Source of the DNA: a virus
Direction: 5' to 3' (one strand)
IMG/VR virus record: IMGVR_UViG_3300021400_000038
Coordinates: 1-41,305 of that record
DNA: 41,305 nt
The notes under the pieces were generated by a model that was not told where the DNA came from, ran no database searches, and worked only from the letters and a program-made list of their open reading frames with translations. Positions 1 through 11,200 of the stretch are shown piece by piece (the stretch's first letter is position 1; each line of letters begins with the position of its first letter). Both the position numbers and the translations under genes were made by a program.

Positions 1-107
1 AAAAAGTTGCTTAAACTGTATATCGGCTCCTTTCTCGCTTCCGTTCTCCCGCTCCTGCTCCTGCTCATCTTCCGTTTGGACGCTTACGTCAAGAGCGTCC
101 CGGCGGG
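1..107. repeat. Terminal direct duplication, identical to nt 41199-41305. Most likely the assembly overlap of a circular or circularly permuted genome (unique length about 41,198 bp).
   Basis: Both contig ends read aaaaagttgcttaaactgtatatcgg...aagagcgtcccggcggg base for base. Confidence 0.95.
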
Positions 108-402
108 TGCGCTTCGGCTCACGATCGCCGGGGTCATCGCGGTCGTCGTCCTGCTGTTCAAGATCACCGGGCATCTGCATATCAAGTCGCATTTTGTGTG
201 GTACGTCGGCCTCGCGCTGTTCTTCTGGCTGATCAAGTCGCTTGCAAACGACCTGTCGCTGGTGTTCATCTGCGCGGCCATCGGGGAAGGCATCGACGAG
301 ATTTTCTTCCAGACGGCCATCAAGAAGGAGCGGAAGCAGCGTGACATGGAGAAGCAGGCGCAGATCATCATTGACCAAATGGGAAAGGCTGGTAACACGT
401 AA
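1..402 (+). CDS. Multi-pass membrane protein of about 135 aa with holin-like topology (3-4 hydrophobic helices, Lys/Arg/Glu-rich C-terminus). Its 5' end lies across the circular junction.
   Basis: The ORF-track entry 7..402 begins at an internal TTG. At the other contig end, GAGGT-N8-ATG (41193) ACG AAA AAG TTG CTT continues in frame into nt 1. Hydrophobic stretches: SFLASVLPLLLLLIF, IAGVIAVVVLLF, VWYVGLALFFWLI. Confidence 0.7.
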   Translation, partial: KKLLKLYIGSFLASVLPLLLLLIFRLDAYVKSVPAGALRLTIAGVIAVVVLLFKITGHLHIKSHFVWYVGLALFFWLIKSLANDLSLVFICAAIGEGIDEIFFQTAIKKERKQRDMEKQAQIIIDQMGKAGNT

Positions 403-1259
403 TGAACGAGAAGTTCAAGGGCTTTGTCCGCAACTACTTCTATACGCTTGTAGCGTTCGGCGTTGCGGTCGCATATATCTTTGTCGGCTTTGTGACCATC
501 GACAGCACCGGGAAAACGGTGTGGCAGATATTCGCGGACGGCATTGTCATTATGATCCTGGGGATCATTATTGATATGCTGTTCGGCGCGCAGGGCATCC
601 AGAGCGGGCGGCAGACGGACGCTGTTCAGCAGAGCGAGAAATGGCACGAGGAGATCATTCGGAAGGTCCGGCCGTATTCGGACAGGATGCGGGATTTCTG
701 CGAGCGCAAGAACGCGGAGGCACTTGCCACCGCGCGGCAACAGATCCTCATGGAGTACGGGTACCGCTACCCGGACTATTTTGAGGAAGACGGAACGCTC
801 AAACAGTTCCCGGAGATCGACGGCGAGGATAAGAAGGACAGGAAACGGAGATACCGCGCCTACAAAAAGGCGCGGGATTTCAAGGTGACCATGCTGACCG
901 TGTCCCTGCTGACCTCGGACGGGAACGCAACGAAAGACCCGAACGCAATGGGCCGGAGCGTGTCGCGGTTCATGGCCTCGCAGACGCGCAAGGATGTGTC
1001 GTCCAAAATCTTCTTCTCCATGTTCTGGGGCCTTTACGGCATCAAGATTTTGCAGGACATCTCTTGGGAGAACCTGATCGGAACGACCTTGCAGGTCGCC
1101 ATGCTGTTGGGCATCGGCACCATGAAATTCATCACGAGCAAAATGTATATCACGGGCGAGTACCGCGACCGCATCGAAACGAAAAACCGGCTCTTGGAAG
1201 AATTTGCTTTGAGCCTTGAAACGGAGGGGAAAGAAGATGGCACTGAACAGAGGGAATAA
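402..1259 (+). CDS. Membrane protein, 285 aa. Two N-terminal and two C-terminal TM-like helices flank a charged central region. Function unknown (ejection or lysis-associated candidate).
   Basis: TAATG stop/start overlap with the upstream gene. Hydrophobic stretches: LVAFGVAVAYIFVGFV, GIVIMILGIIIDMLF, IFFSMFWGLYGI, LQVAMLLGIGT. Confidence 0.7.
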   Translation: MNEKFKGFVRNYFYTLVAFGVAVAYIFVGFVTIDSTGKTVWQIFADGIVIMILGIIIDMLFGAQGIQSGRQTDAVQQSEKWHEEIIRKVRPYSDRMRDFCERKNAEALATARQQILMEYGYRYPDYFEEDGTLKQFPEIDGEDKKDRKRRYRAYKKARDFKVTMLTVSLLTSDGNATKDPNAMGRSVSRFMASQTRKDVSSKIFFSMFWGLYGIKILQDISWENLIGTTLQVAMLLGIGTMKFITSKMYITGEYRDRIETKNRLLEEFALSLETEGKEDGTEQRE

Positions 1260-2244
1260 ACGGTATTCCGATGTTTTGAGCAAAGACGAATATATCAAGT
1301 CTCTGCAACCGCAGGGGCCAACGGCGGATGACGAACTTGTTGAGCAACTGAAACAACGGACGATCGGGAATGCGCAGACCGCCGGTTTGCTTTCCGATTA
1401 CCTTGTCAACAAAGGAACCGGGTTGAGCAATGAAACGCTCAATCAATATATTCGGAATACGTTTACAAGGCCGCAGACGGTACCGAACACGACCAACACC
1501 ACGAACCCCGTTCCAACGGCCACCACGGTGCAGCAGGAGCAGACGGCGATGAGCGAGGAACAACGCCGGGCGAACCTTGCCGCGAACGCTTCCTACCAGC
1601 GGATGCTGAAATACCTTCCGCAACTGCAAAAGGAAAACGGATATGCAGGGCTTGGCATCAGCGAAGCGGGGAAGGCCGAGGCGTGGAACGACCTGCAAAC
1701 CCGTCTGGCACAGATCGCTATGAACTATGGGGCCATGGAAGATCAGAAAGCAGATGCCACAAGCCAGGCAGCCATGAATGCGGCGTATTCCGAATTGCAG
1801 GAAGCGACGACTGCGGACGAGGCGAGCGAAATTCTGAACCGCTATCGTAAATTTCTGTCCCCGTCGGATGCGGAACTGCTTTCCGCTATGAGCGAAAGCA
1901 ACTCTCAAAAGGCGATCTATCAGCAGTACGCAGACCAGGCAGCCGGGTATAACGGCTCCGTCGGGGCGACCTTTGACAGCAACGGACAGAACAAGGGCCT
2001 TTCGGCCGGAGATAACTTCCGTATCAAAGGGCCGGACGGGACGATCTACTACATTGAGAGCGGCGGCAAGGTGAATGACGCGGATATTGTCAATACCGCA
2101 AAGCGGCACAACGACGGCGATGTTTTCAAATACGGAAACAACCTTTACATGGTAAAGGACGGCGGCGTGTATCTGGTGCAGAGAAGAAAGAACTCGGAGG
2201 CAAAGTCCTATCAAGCGTTGTTAAGTCTGTATTCTGGAATGTAA
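1237..2244 (+). CDS. Hypothetical protein, 335 aa. Probable virion or internal protein; no family recognised.
   Basis: GGAGGGG-N7-ATG at 1237 is preferred over the TTG at 1216 in the ORF track. Lies in the + strand late gene chain. Confidence 0.65.
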   Translation: MALNRGNKRYSDVLSKDEYIKSLQPQGPTADDELVEQLKQRTIGNAQTAGLLSDYLVNKGTGLSNETLNQYIRNTFTRPQTVPNTTNTTNPVPTATTVQQEQTAMSEEQRRANLAANASYQRMLKYLPQLQKENGYAGLGISEAGKAEAWNDLQTRLAQIAMNYGAMEDQKADATSQAAMNAAYSELQEATTADEASEILNRYRKFLSPSDAELLSAMSESNSQKAIYQQYADQAAGYNGSVGATFDSNGQNKGLSAGDNFRIKGPDGTIYYIESGGKVNDADIVNTAKRHNDGDVFKYGNNLYMVKDGGVYLVQRRKNSEAKSYQALLSLYSGM

Positions 2245-2253
2245 GGAGCAACT

Positions 2254-5200
2254 ATGGCTACGAACAAAAAGAAACAAGAAAACGATTTGTCCATTGAGGA
2301 CTACCTTGCGGCTCTCAAAGAAGGAAACTCGGATTTGAACGGACAGCAGGAACAGGTGGTTACTCCGCCTATGGCACAGGTTCTTCCAACGGTTCAGGCG
2401 ACAATACCCGATCACCTGACGCCAACCCCGCTGATGACCGAAGAAGAAAAAGCACGGGCTAGAGATGCGCTTGTTCGCCAACTGCGTCCTATTGCAAATG
2501 CAATCGGGGTTCCTCTTGATAACCTTCTTTACGGTTATATGTCCCGCGCAGAAGGCATTGGAGACGCGCTTGCAAACATCACCGGCATTTTCGGCAACGA
2601 TGATTACAAGAGAAAGTTGCAGGATTTTGTCGCGGTTGACTCTACAAAGGATATGTTCGGAGGTGTGCCGGAAGCACCGTTTAAGAGCCAGTTCCTGCAA
2701 GGTGTTATCCAATCCATCGGCGGTATGGGATTGGATGCGGTAGCAAACGTTGTCGCTCCCGGAGCCGGTCTTGCCTCTCTCGGCGTAGGAGCCGCTGGCA
2801 AAGCGACCGAGGAAGCATACAACGACGGCGCGGACTACGGTCGCGGTACGCTTTACGGTATTGCCCAGGGAGCAACCGAGGTCGCAACGGAGAAACTGAC
2901 CGGCGGTATGCTGGACGCTGTTTATGGGCGCGGTCTGCTTGATGGCGTTACCAAATCCATTGCAAGAAATACCGTTGGTCGTGCCGCAAAAAACATGATC
3001 GAGGAAGGTGCCGAGGAGGTTCTTTCGGAACTTGCAAGCCCGCTTGAAAAGGCAATCTATAAAGGCGGGGACGCTCTTTCGGAGTATGGAACCGGCGACT
3101 ACTGGAAAGGCGTTGCCCTTGCAGGCGCGGCGGGAGCCGTTACTTCCGGCATTGTCGGCGGTGCAACCGGGCAGATCAGCAATTCCAGAACCGCGGCTGA
3201 ACTGACAAACGATGCGGTCACCAACATCCAAAAGAGGGCAACGAAGGATGCCAACGGGAAACTGACCGCAAAAGGGGAAGCAGGTTTGACCGCTGAAATC
3301 AAGGCTGATCTGGAAGCGGCGCAGAAGTATCTTTCCAAAATGTCGGACAGCAAGCGCGCCGACTTCTTTGCAAAGAATACGGGTGCTTCCGCCATCTTCA
3401 CAGAGGACGGCAAAATCCGCCCGGAATTTGCGCGGAAAACGTGGGGCGGTCAATCTGCCGCAGAAACCGCGAACGGCGCACAGGCGCAGAATGCGGGGCT
3501 GTCCGAGGGGCAAAAACGGTATGTGCCCGTCAATGCCCGTTATGACGGCGAGAGAGCGACGAACGCGGTCAAGGCGTTGCAGGATGCGCTTGACAAGCAA
3601 GGGAAGGGCGAGACCGCCGAAATCTATTCCGGCGAACTGTCGAGCGAGCAGGAAGAAACCTATGCCGTTGCAAAGCGCATTGTCAACAACCTCAACCAAA
3701 CGACGGGCGACGACATGGCTTTGGTCGTAGTTGGCGGCGAAAACGACTTCAACGCGCTGAACGAGAAGAACGGGAACGCTATCCTGATCTCCGAGAAAAC
3801 GCTTGCAAAGACGCACGGTGCGGTCGATGCGCTCGCAAAAATCCTGTTTGAGGAAGCGACCCACTCCACGCAGTCCCGGAACGCGATCGGGCAGTACACG
3901 AGCGCGTGGTATGCCGCGCTTGTCCATGAACTTGCAACCGGCAACAGCGCAACGATGGAAGCCATCACCGCGCGCCTTCTGGCGGACGGGAACGGCTACG
4001 GCTTTACGCAGGAGATGCTGGAAGGGCTTGAAAGCAAACTTGACAGCAAAGAGAGTATGACCGCAAAGGAACAGGAACTCCTGGACGAGATCGGCGCGCA
4101 GACCGTTGGTGAAATTCTCGGCGGAAACAAAGAGATCGTCGAGAAGTATGCGAGCAACAAGAACGCCGCAGAGAAGATCCTCGGCGTTTTCGGAAAAATC
4201 AAAAAAGCCCTCTCCCGCGCGACGAACAAGACGGCGAGAGCCGAACGCGCCCGCGTGGAGAGAGTGGAAGGGATGCTCTTGAACGCCCTTGCCGAAAAAG
4301 GTTTTACCTACCAAAACGGCAAGGTCATTTCCGCGCGCCCGCCGGAGGAAAAAGAAAACACCGCAGAGGCGGGGGAGAATGAGGCGGGGGAGAATGATGA
4401 AGCCGTGCGGTTTTCCCGGAATGTTTCTCTTTCGGAGCAGATCGACCAGTTGCTTGACGGAACGTTTAACAGCGAGAATACCCATATCATGGTTGATAAT
4501 CACACGCCGTCTATTTTCTTGGAGGCGGGGCTTTCCGACAAACCTATTCTGATGGCGGCGAACAAGGCAAAGACTGCTATGGGAATTGAAGTGAAGGGAA
4601 AGAACCTGCACGAAGTTTCTGCGGAAACGCTGAAACAACTTCCGAAACTTCTGGAAAAGCCCGTTATGATGATGGATTCCACACAGAAAGGGCGCGCGGT
4701 TGTGTTTGTCAACGCGAAAGACGCGAGCGGAAATCCTGTTCTTTGCGCCATTCAAATTGACGGGCATGGGAACTACAATGACGTTGAAATTGATTCCAAC
4801 ATTGTTTTGAGCGTATATGGGAAAGATGTAAACCCGATCGGCTATATTGAAAGAGCGGTTGACGAAGGTCGCATGGTGTATTGGAACAAAAAAATGAGCC
4901 AAGAGTTGTTTGAAACCCCTGGGCTCCAATTGCCCAACAACCTCAAACAACTTGACTCTAATACTATTATACACAAGTTTGGCGAGAATGTCAACCCCAA
5001 AAACGAAAAAAGTTCGGAAGAAAATTCTGGTGTTCGGTTCTCTCTCTCCATTGGCAACGACACCGTTTCCGGTCAAGTCGAGGAAACGAAAAATCTTGTT
5101 GCACTTCATAATCTTTCGGAAGATAAACTGCTTAAAGTTCTTGATCTTGGCGGTTTTCCGATGCCATCTATTGCCGTAACAAAACCGTCCATACCGCACA

Positions 5201-8200
5201 CAGGATATGGAGATATTACGGTTGTGTTTGGAAAGGAAACTGTTGATCCGAGTAAAGACTACCGAAACAAGGTTTATCAAAGGGATGCCTGGACTCCGAC
5301 GACACCGTTGGTTGAAGTCAAACTCAACGAACAAAAAGTGCAAAATGCTGAAAGCAAATTGCGTCAGTCAGTAGAAGAGGTTGGCGTTTTTGGCGATGAT
5401 ATTTCAAGGTTTTTTGATCAGTTCAGAAACAACTCCGGAGAATATGTGATTTCCGACTATGATTTTGACGCAAATAATCTTGCGAACAAAGCATTGAACA
5501 ATGCAGGGATGATGGCTGCGTATTTATCTGAAAAAGGTGAAAGGATTTCCCCTGTCTACAAAGATAAAGTGTATTTTGTTGGAAATATCGTTATGACAAG
5601 AGATGAACTCCTTTCCGTGGCAGAAAAGATCGGTGTCAATAAGGACAACATCAAAGTATTTCAAAACGCTTACGATGAATCAACTCCGGAAGAATCTGAA
5701 CTTTACAAAAAAGCAAAAAATGAAATAAAAAGATTCTACGAAGAAAAAATGCAAAAGAAATATGAAAAATTTGGAATTGATAAAAAAGGCATCAAAGAAA
5801 TTGATGTTGGATTCCATGAGTTTGTAGATTTTGCAGATGGTCTTTTCAGAGAATATCGCAACGGCGAGCAAAAAGAATACGACCGATACGAAACAGCGGA
5901 TGCCCTTAAAAATCGAATAACGGATCGAATCGATTTTGAAAACTGGATAATGAACGAACTAACCGATCTCGAAGAACAACGCGGCATTAGAAATGATCGA
6001 GATATTTTTACATCATCCGGAAATCGTAGAAACTTTGATCAATTACACGATTCTTATAATATTCAGAATATTATCAAAAATATGCTGAAAGGAACGCAAG
6101 TTGGAAAAGGATCTTTTCTTGGTCAAAATGCAAGTAGCCTTGCTGCTCGCCTATCCGATGAATTTGATAGCATTAAAAGCATAAAAGAAGCAAGCGGTTT
6201 ACTTTCCGACATTTCAGAAGAACAATATAAAGAAGCGACTGACAAAGCCTATGACATGATCAAGGAAGTCGTCGCCGAAATTGAAGCAGGTAAAGCATCC
6301 GAATTTAGCGATTTTATGACAAGGCAAAATGACATAATGGAAATGGTCGGTGAATGTGCGTTGGTTCGACCATTAACAGCGAAAGGAATTTTGGAATCTT
6401 GGAAGAAACAAATTCGCGGTTACGAAAGTTTAGGCTATCAATTCGATTTGAATACTGCAAAAAAATTACTTGACCTGTTTTCCGTTTTACAAGAATTGCC
6501 AACAAGATACTTTGAGGCAAAACCGCGTCGTGCTGTAACTTTTGACGAAATCAAAATGGTGTTGCTTTCGGCTGATACTTCCGATAAACTAATCAACGCT
6601 TTGGAAGAAAAAAATATCCCTTATGAGATTTACGGAAGCACGGATGAAGAACGCTCGTCTGTGTTGCAGGGGATGGATGATATTCGGTTCTCCCGCGCTC
6701 CGCAGACTGACACCGAGCAATTCAAGCGTTGGTTCGGTGATAGCAAGGTCGTAAACGAGGACGGAACGCCGAAGGTCATGTATCACGGAACAAAAGGCGA
6801 CTTTACCGTGTTTGACAGATCCCGATCCGGGGAGAACTACGGCGGGTACAATGCCGCCGGTGGAGGCTTTGACTTTACGGACAGCGAAAGACGCGCAAGA
6901 CTTTGGGGTGCAAAGGCAAAGGGAACAGGCCCGGTTCGAGTAATCCCAGTTTACCTGAAAGCAGAAAAAACTTTCTATTCCTATAATGGTGCGGTTGATC
7001 CCGCGCTTGAAGCAATTCTGCCAGAAGACCTTACTGAAAAAGAGCGTACGGATGCCATGAGCAATGGGGCAACATTCCACAAAGTTGTAAGCGAAAGTGG
7101 GATTGATTTTGCAAAAGAAATTCAAAAGTTTGGTTATGACTCCTATGCCATGTATCCGGGTGATGAGAATATCGCTGTCTATTCTCCCACGCAGATCAAA
7201 TCCGCCACCGACAACATCGGCACCTTTGATCCTTCAAATCCTGATATTCGGTTCTCCCGCGGTCTGAATGCCCGCGTTGCGGCGAACAACACCGGCGAGC
7301 ACGTGTTCTCCAAAAAGGTGGCAAAAGCCGCTATCGAAACCATTATGGAGTCCAACCTCGTGTTCGGGGACGAGTATTCCACCCTGCGCGGCACCATTCG
7401 CGGCAAGGGCAGGATCATTGACGAACTGTTCTACAAACTGAACAGAACGCAAAACAAGGACTATCAGCGCGCCGTGGCGAACAGCATTGCCGACCAGATC
7501 ATTGACAGCACGGTGCTGACCGAAACCTATTCTGCGTTTGCCGAGCAGGACGCCGCGAACATCGAACAGGCAAAGCGCATTGCCGAGATGATGAGCGGTT
7601 ACCGCCACGGGATCAAGTTCAAGAACATTGAAGGCGACGTCAAGTACGCAAAGGATGATCGGTGGGCAGGGTACAAACTCCAATGGGCGGCGAAAGAAGG
7701 CGACCCGATCGCCATTTCCGCGGATCAACTTGTCGATGCGTTTGACGAGATCGGTGTTAAGATCGACGCTGTGAACGACGCTGAAATCTTCATGGAAGCA
7801 ATGCGGCTTTATGAGAACGCGCGCGAAACGATCAACAACGCGGTCTATAAGGTCAAACTGTCCGAGTACGGCTCCGAGGAAGAACTTGCCCGGCTGAAAA
7901 AGACCATCTCCGACGAGATCATGTCGGTGTTCGAGAACGGCGGCGAGCGGAGCAAATTCAGCAAGATGGTTTCCAGGTACACCGACCAGATCAAGTTCAT
8001 GCGCGAGATGTGGAAGGTGTCGAAGAAGGTCAGCGAGATCAAACTGGAAGGCAAACGGTTCGCATCGGATACCAGAAGCCCGCAACTGAACGCCGCAACC
8101 TCTCTGCTGAAAGGCATGACGAGAGGTTCCAACCTGATCCCCGGCCGGGCGCGTGAAGTCTGCCGGAACCTTGCCGCATGGTATTCGCCGGAAAACAATC

Positions 8201-11200
8201 TGTTCAAGGCCGCCGAAGGCCAGACGGACGAGAAGGGCGAGGAGATCAAGACAAACAGATTTTTCAATCCGCAGATCCGCGAGATGATGGAAACCATTGG
8301 GAACGGAGAAGGCGGGCTGACCGCCGCGGAGATCACCGACCTGTCCCATATCATGGACTTCATGGCGAACTTTGCCAAGACCTACAAGCGCGTTTTCCAG
8401 AACGGACGGTACGTGGACGCAGATACCATTGTGGAAGCGGACATCTCGCTCGCAAGAAGGGCAAAGCACGGTTACGCCAGAAACGCTGTCGTCCGCTTTG
8501 TTCAAAAGACGGCGGAGGACTACGGGATGTTTGTGTTCGATCCCGCAACGGTTGCGAGAATGGCTGACGGCTACCGCAACGGGTTCTTCACGCACTTGCA
8601 CGAAGAGATGCGCGAGGCGGCTCTCCAAATGGCGGCGGTAAGATACGAACTGCAAACCGCGCAAAGCGAGTTCTACAAAGAGCATAAGGGCTACGCTCCC
8701 GAAAAGCGCATGGTGAAAGTCCGCGGCGTGGAAATGCCCGCCGATTTTGCCATCTCGCTCTACATGACCGCAAAGCGCAAGCAGTCCTGGCTCGGTCTTG
8801 TCCAGTCCGGCTATCGTTTGTTCCTGGAAGACGGCGAGGTGAGCGCAAAGGCCCTCGGAGAAAAGGATGTAGATTATTCCGACGAACAGTTGGCGGACAT
8901 CGTAAAAGGGTTCCGCTCCGAGATCGACCGAGTGCTGACGGATACCGACCGCGCGTATATCGCAACGGTAGAGGGCGTTCTGAAACGCGCCGGTGAGTTG
9001 AAGATGGAGCGCGACATCCAGCGCATGGGCTTTACGAACGCGACCGAGGACTACTACTACCCGATCCTGCGCGCACACATGGCAAAGAATTTCGACGCTA
9101 ACCTTACGCTTGGGAAGTCGGGATACTTTGATACGGTCACCAACCTCTCCATGAACAAGGATACGGTGAAAAACAATGCTGAACTCGGCATCCAGTCTGT
9201 CAACCAGGTTATCTCCCGCCATATTGACCAGACCGCCATGTATTATGGGCTTTCCAATATGGTGGACAACTTCAATATGCTTTCCAACCTGAACCTTTCC
9301 GACAATCCCGGCAAGCCGGAAACGATGTTGAGAACGGCAAATGAGTCGATCTTTGGAAAGAAGGCAATGCAATACTTCCAAAAGATGCTGAAAGACCTGG
9401 AAGGGGTTTACTACGCAGACCCATCGGAGAAAAGGGGAATCCGTCTGATTGACAAACTGCGGTCGAACGCCGCTGTCGCCGCGATTGCCGCAAACCCGAA
9501 AGTCATTGCCACGCAGTTCTCCTCGCTGTTTGCCGGTACCGCGATCCTCTCCCCGCGCGATCTTGCAAAGGGAATTACGCTCACGAAGGTCGGCAAGTAT
9601 TCCGATGTGGACAAGTACAGCGAAGTCGCCCGTCTGCGTAACGCGAACCTGGAAGCCGCCCGCGCGGAAACGATCACCGATAAGGTCGGGAAGATCGGCG
9701 AGTTCGGAATGCGCCCGGTTGCCGCGACAGACCGCCTCGTGGTGCAAATCGAGTTTGGTGCTTGTCAAGCCTATGTTGAAAGAACGCAGGGGCTTGCCAT
9801 CGGTACCGAGGAAAACCTGGTAGCCGCGGGGAAACTGCTTAACCGCGTGATCAATGAGACGCAGCAGGGAGCGAGCCTGACCGAGAGATCGGCAATGGCG
9901 CGTTCCAGCAACCCGATCTACAAAGGACTTGCAATGTTCCGCAACGACGCGGTCAAGCAGATCGGGCGCGTGATCGACGGCTTCGGAGAACTCGGCGCGA
10001 TCAAAGAGGACCTGCGGACGGAAACGGACTCCGCAAAGATCGAAGAACTCAAAGGACGGCAGAAAACCGTTCGCCGGAAGACGGCAAAGGCGGTCGGCGC
10101 GCTCGTCGGTGCGTCCATGTATCAGGCGTTGATCGGATTGCTCTTTGCCGCGTTCCTCAACCGCTTGAAGGACAAAGACGACGATGAGATTGCCCGCGAC
10201 GTGGTTGTGGACAGCGTTGCCGGTATGTTTACGGGACTTCCGATCATCAGCCAGTCGATCGAGTTCTTCACCGACGGTTACGGCGTTGAAGATTTTACGA
10301 TCTCCTCTTTCAACGACTTGCTGCAATCCACGCAGGACATGGGGAAGGTTATCGGCGGAAAGGCAACGGAAGGCGAGGTCAAGAGCGCGATCCGCGGCGC
10401 GATCTACTCCGGCGGGAAACTGCTTGGCATTCCTACCCGTAACGCCTACAACTACTTCTACGGTACGGTCAACACCATCAACGAGTATGCGGGCTATCAG
10501 GTTCACGGACTGCTCTATTCCGACAACTACAAGTCCGAACTCTACAAGGCACTCAACGACGGGAACACAGACCGCGCGCAAATGCTCGGAAGCCTGCTTG
10601 TTGACTCTTCCTTCGGCGGGTACTCCAAAGCGACAAAGGACGCGATCAAGCCACTGGTCGCCGCCGGATACACCGTTCTCCCGCGCACCGTTGGCGACAG
10701 CATCACCTATGACGGGCAGGAATACAAACTGACCTCCCGGCAAAAGGCGCGGTTCCAGAAGGTGTACGGACAGGCAAGCGCGGCGGTTCAGAAGGTGGTC
10801 GCCCTGCAATCCTATCGGAAACTCTCTGATGAAGTCAAGGCAAAGACCATCAAGCGCATCTATGATATGTACTACAACCTTGCGATTGATGATCTGCTCG
10901 GAACGGACACCGAGGACAAGACCGTTCTGTTCTCCTACGCCATCGACCCGGACAAACTCGCGCTGATCGTTGCGCAGGCGCAGTCCTTGCAGGCGGACAC
11001 CGACAAAAACGGAAACGCGATTGCCGGTTCCAAAAAGCAGAAGGTCGTTGCGTATATCAGCGGACTGAAACTGACCGCCGCGCAGAAGTTTATGATCATG
11101 GGGTATCTCGGATACCGAAACGCGAAAGGAGAGGAGCAGGTCAAAGCCTACATCAACAGGCTCGGCGCGCTTTCCAAAGCCGAAAAGAAAACGCTCTTTG

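Noticed and set aside
1-107. Terminal repeat as a genuine T7-like DTR or as LTR/IS ends.
   Set aside because: The repeat sits inside a coding sequence that is only complete when the ends are joined. There are no inverted repeats or transposase. An assembly overlap of a circular molecule is the simpler explanation.
2221-5343. 1,040-aa ORF on the - strand.
   Set aside because: It is an antisense shadow of the giant + strand gene. It has no RBS and its translation is Arg/Val/Gly/Phe-rich and low in information. The + frame has the coherent domains and start signals.
7234-10809. 1,191-aa ORF on the - strand.
   Set aside because: Same reasoning: stop-poor antisense frame of GC-rich coding DNA. 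There is no independent start context, and it lies entirely inside the giant ORF.
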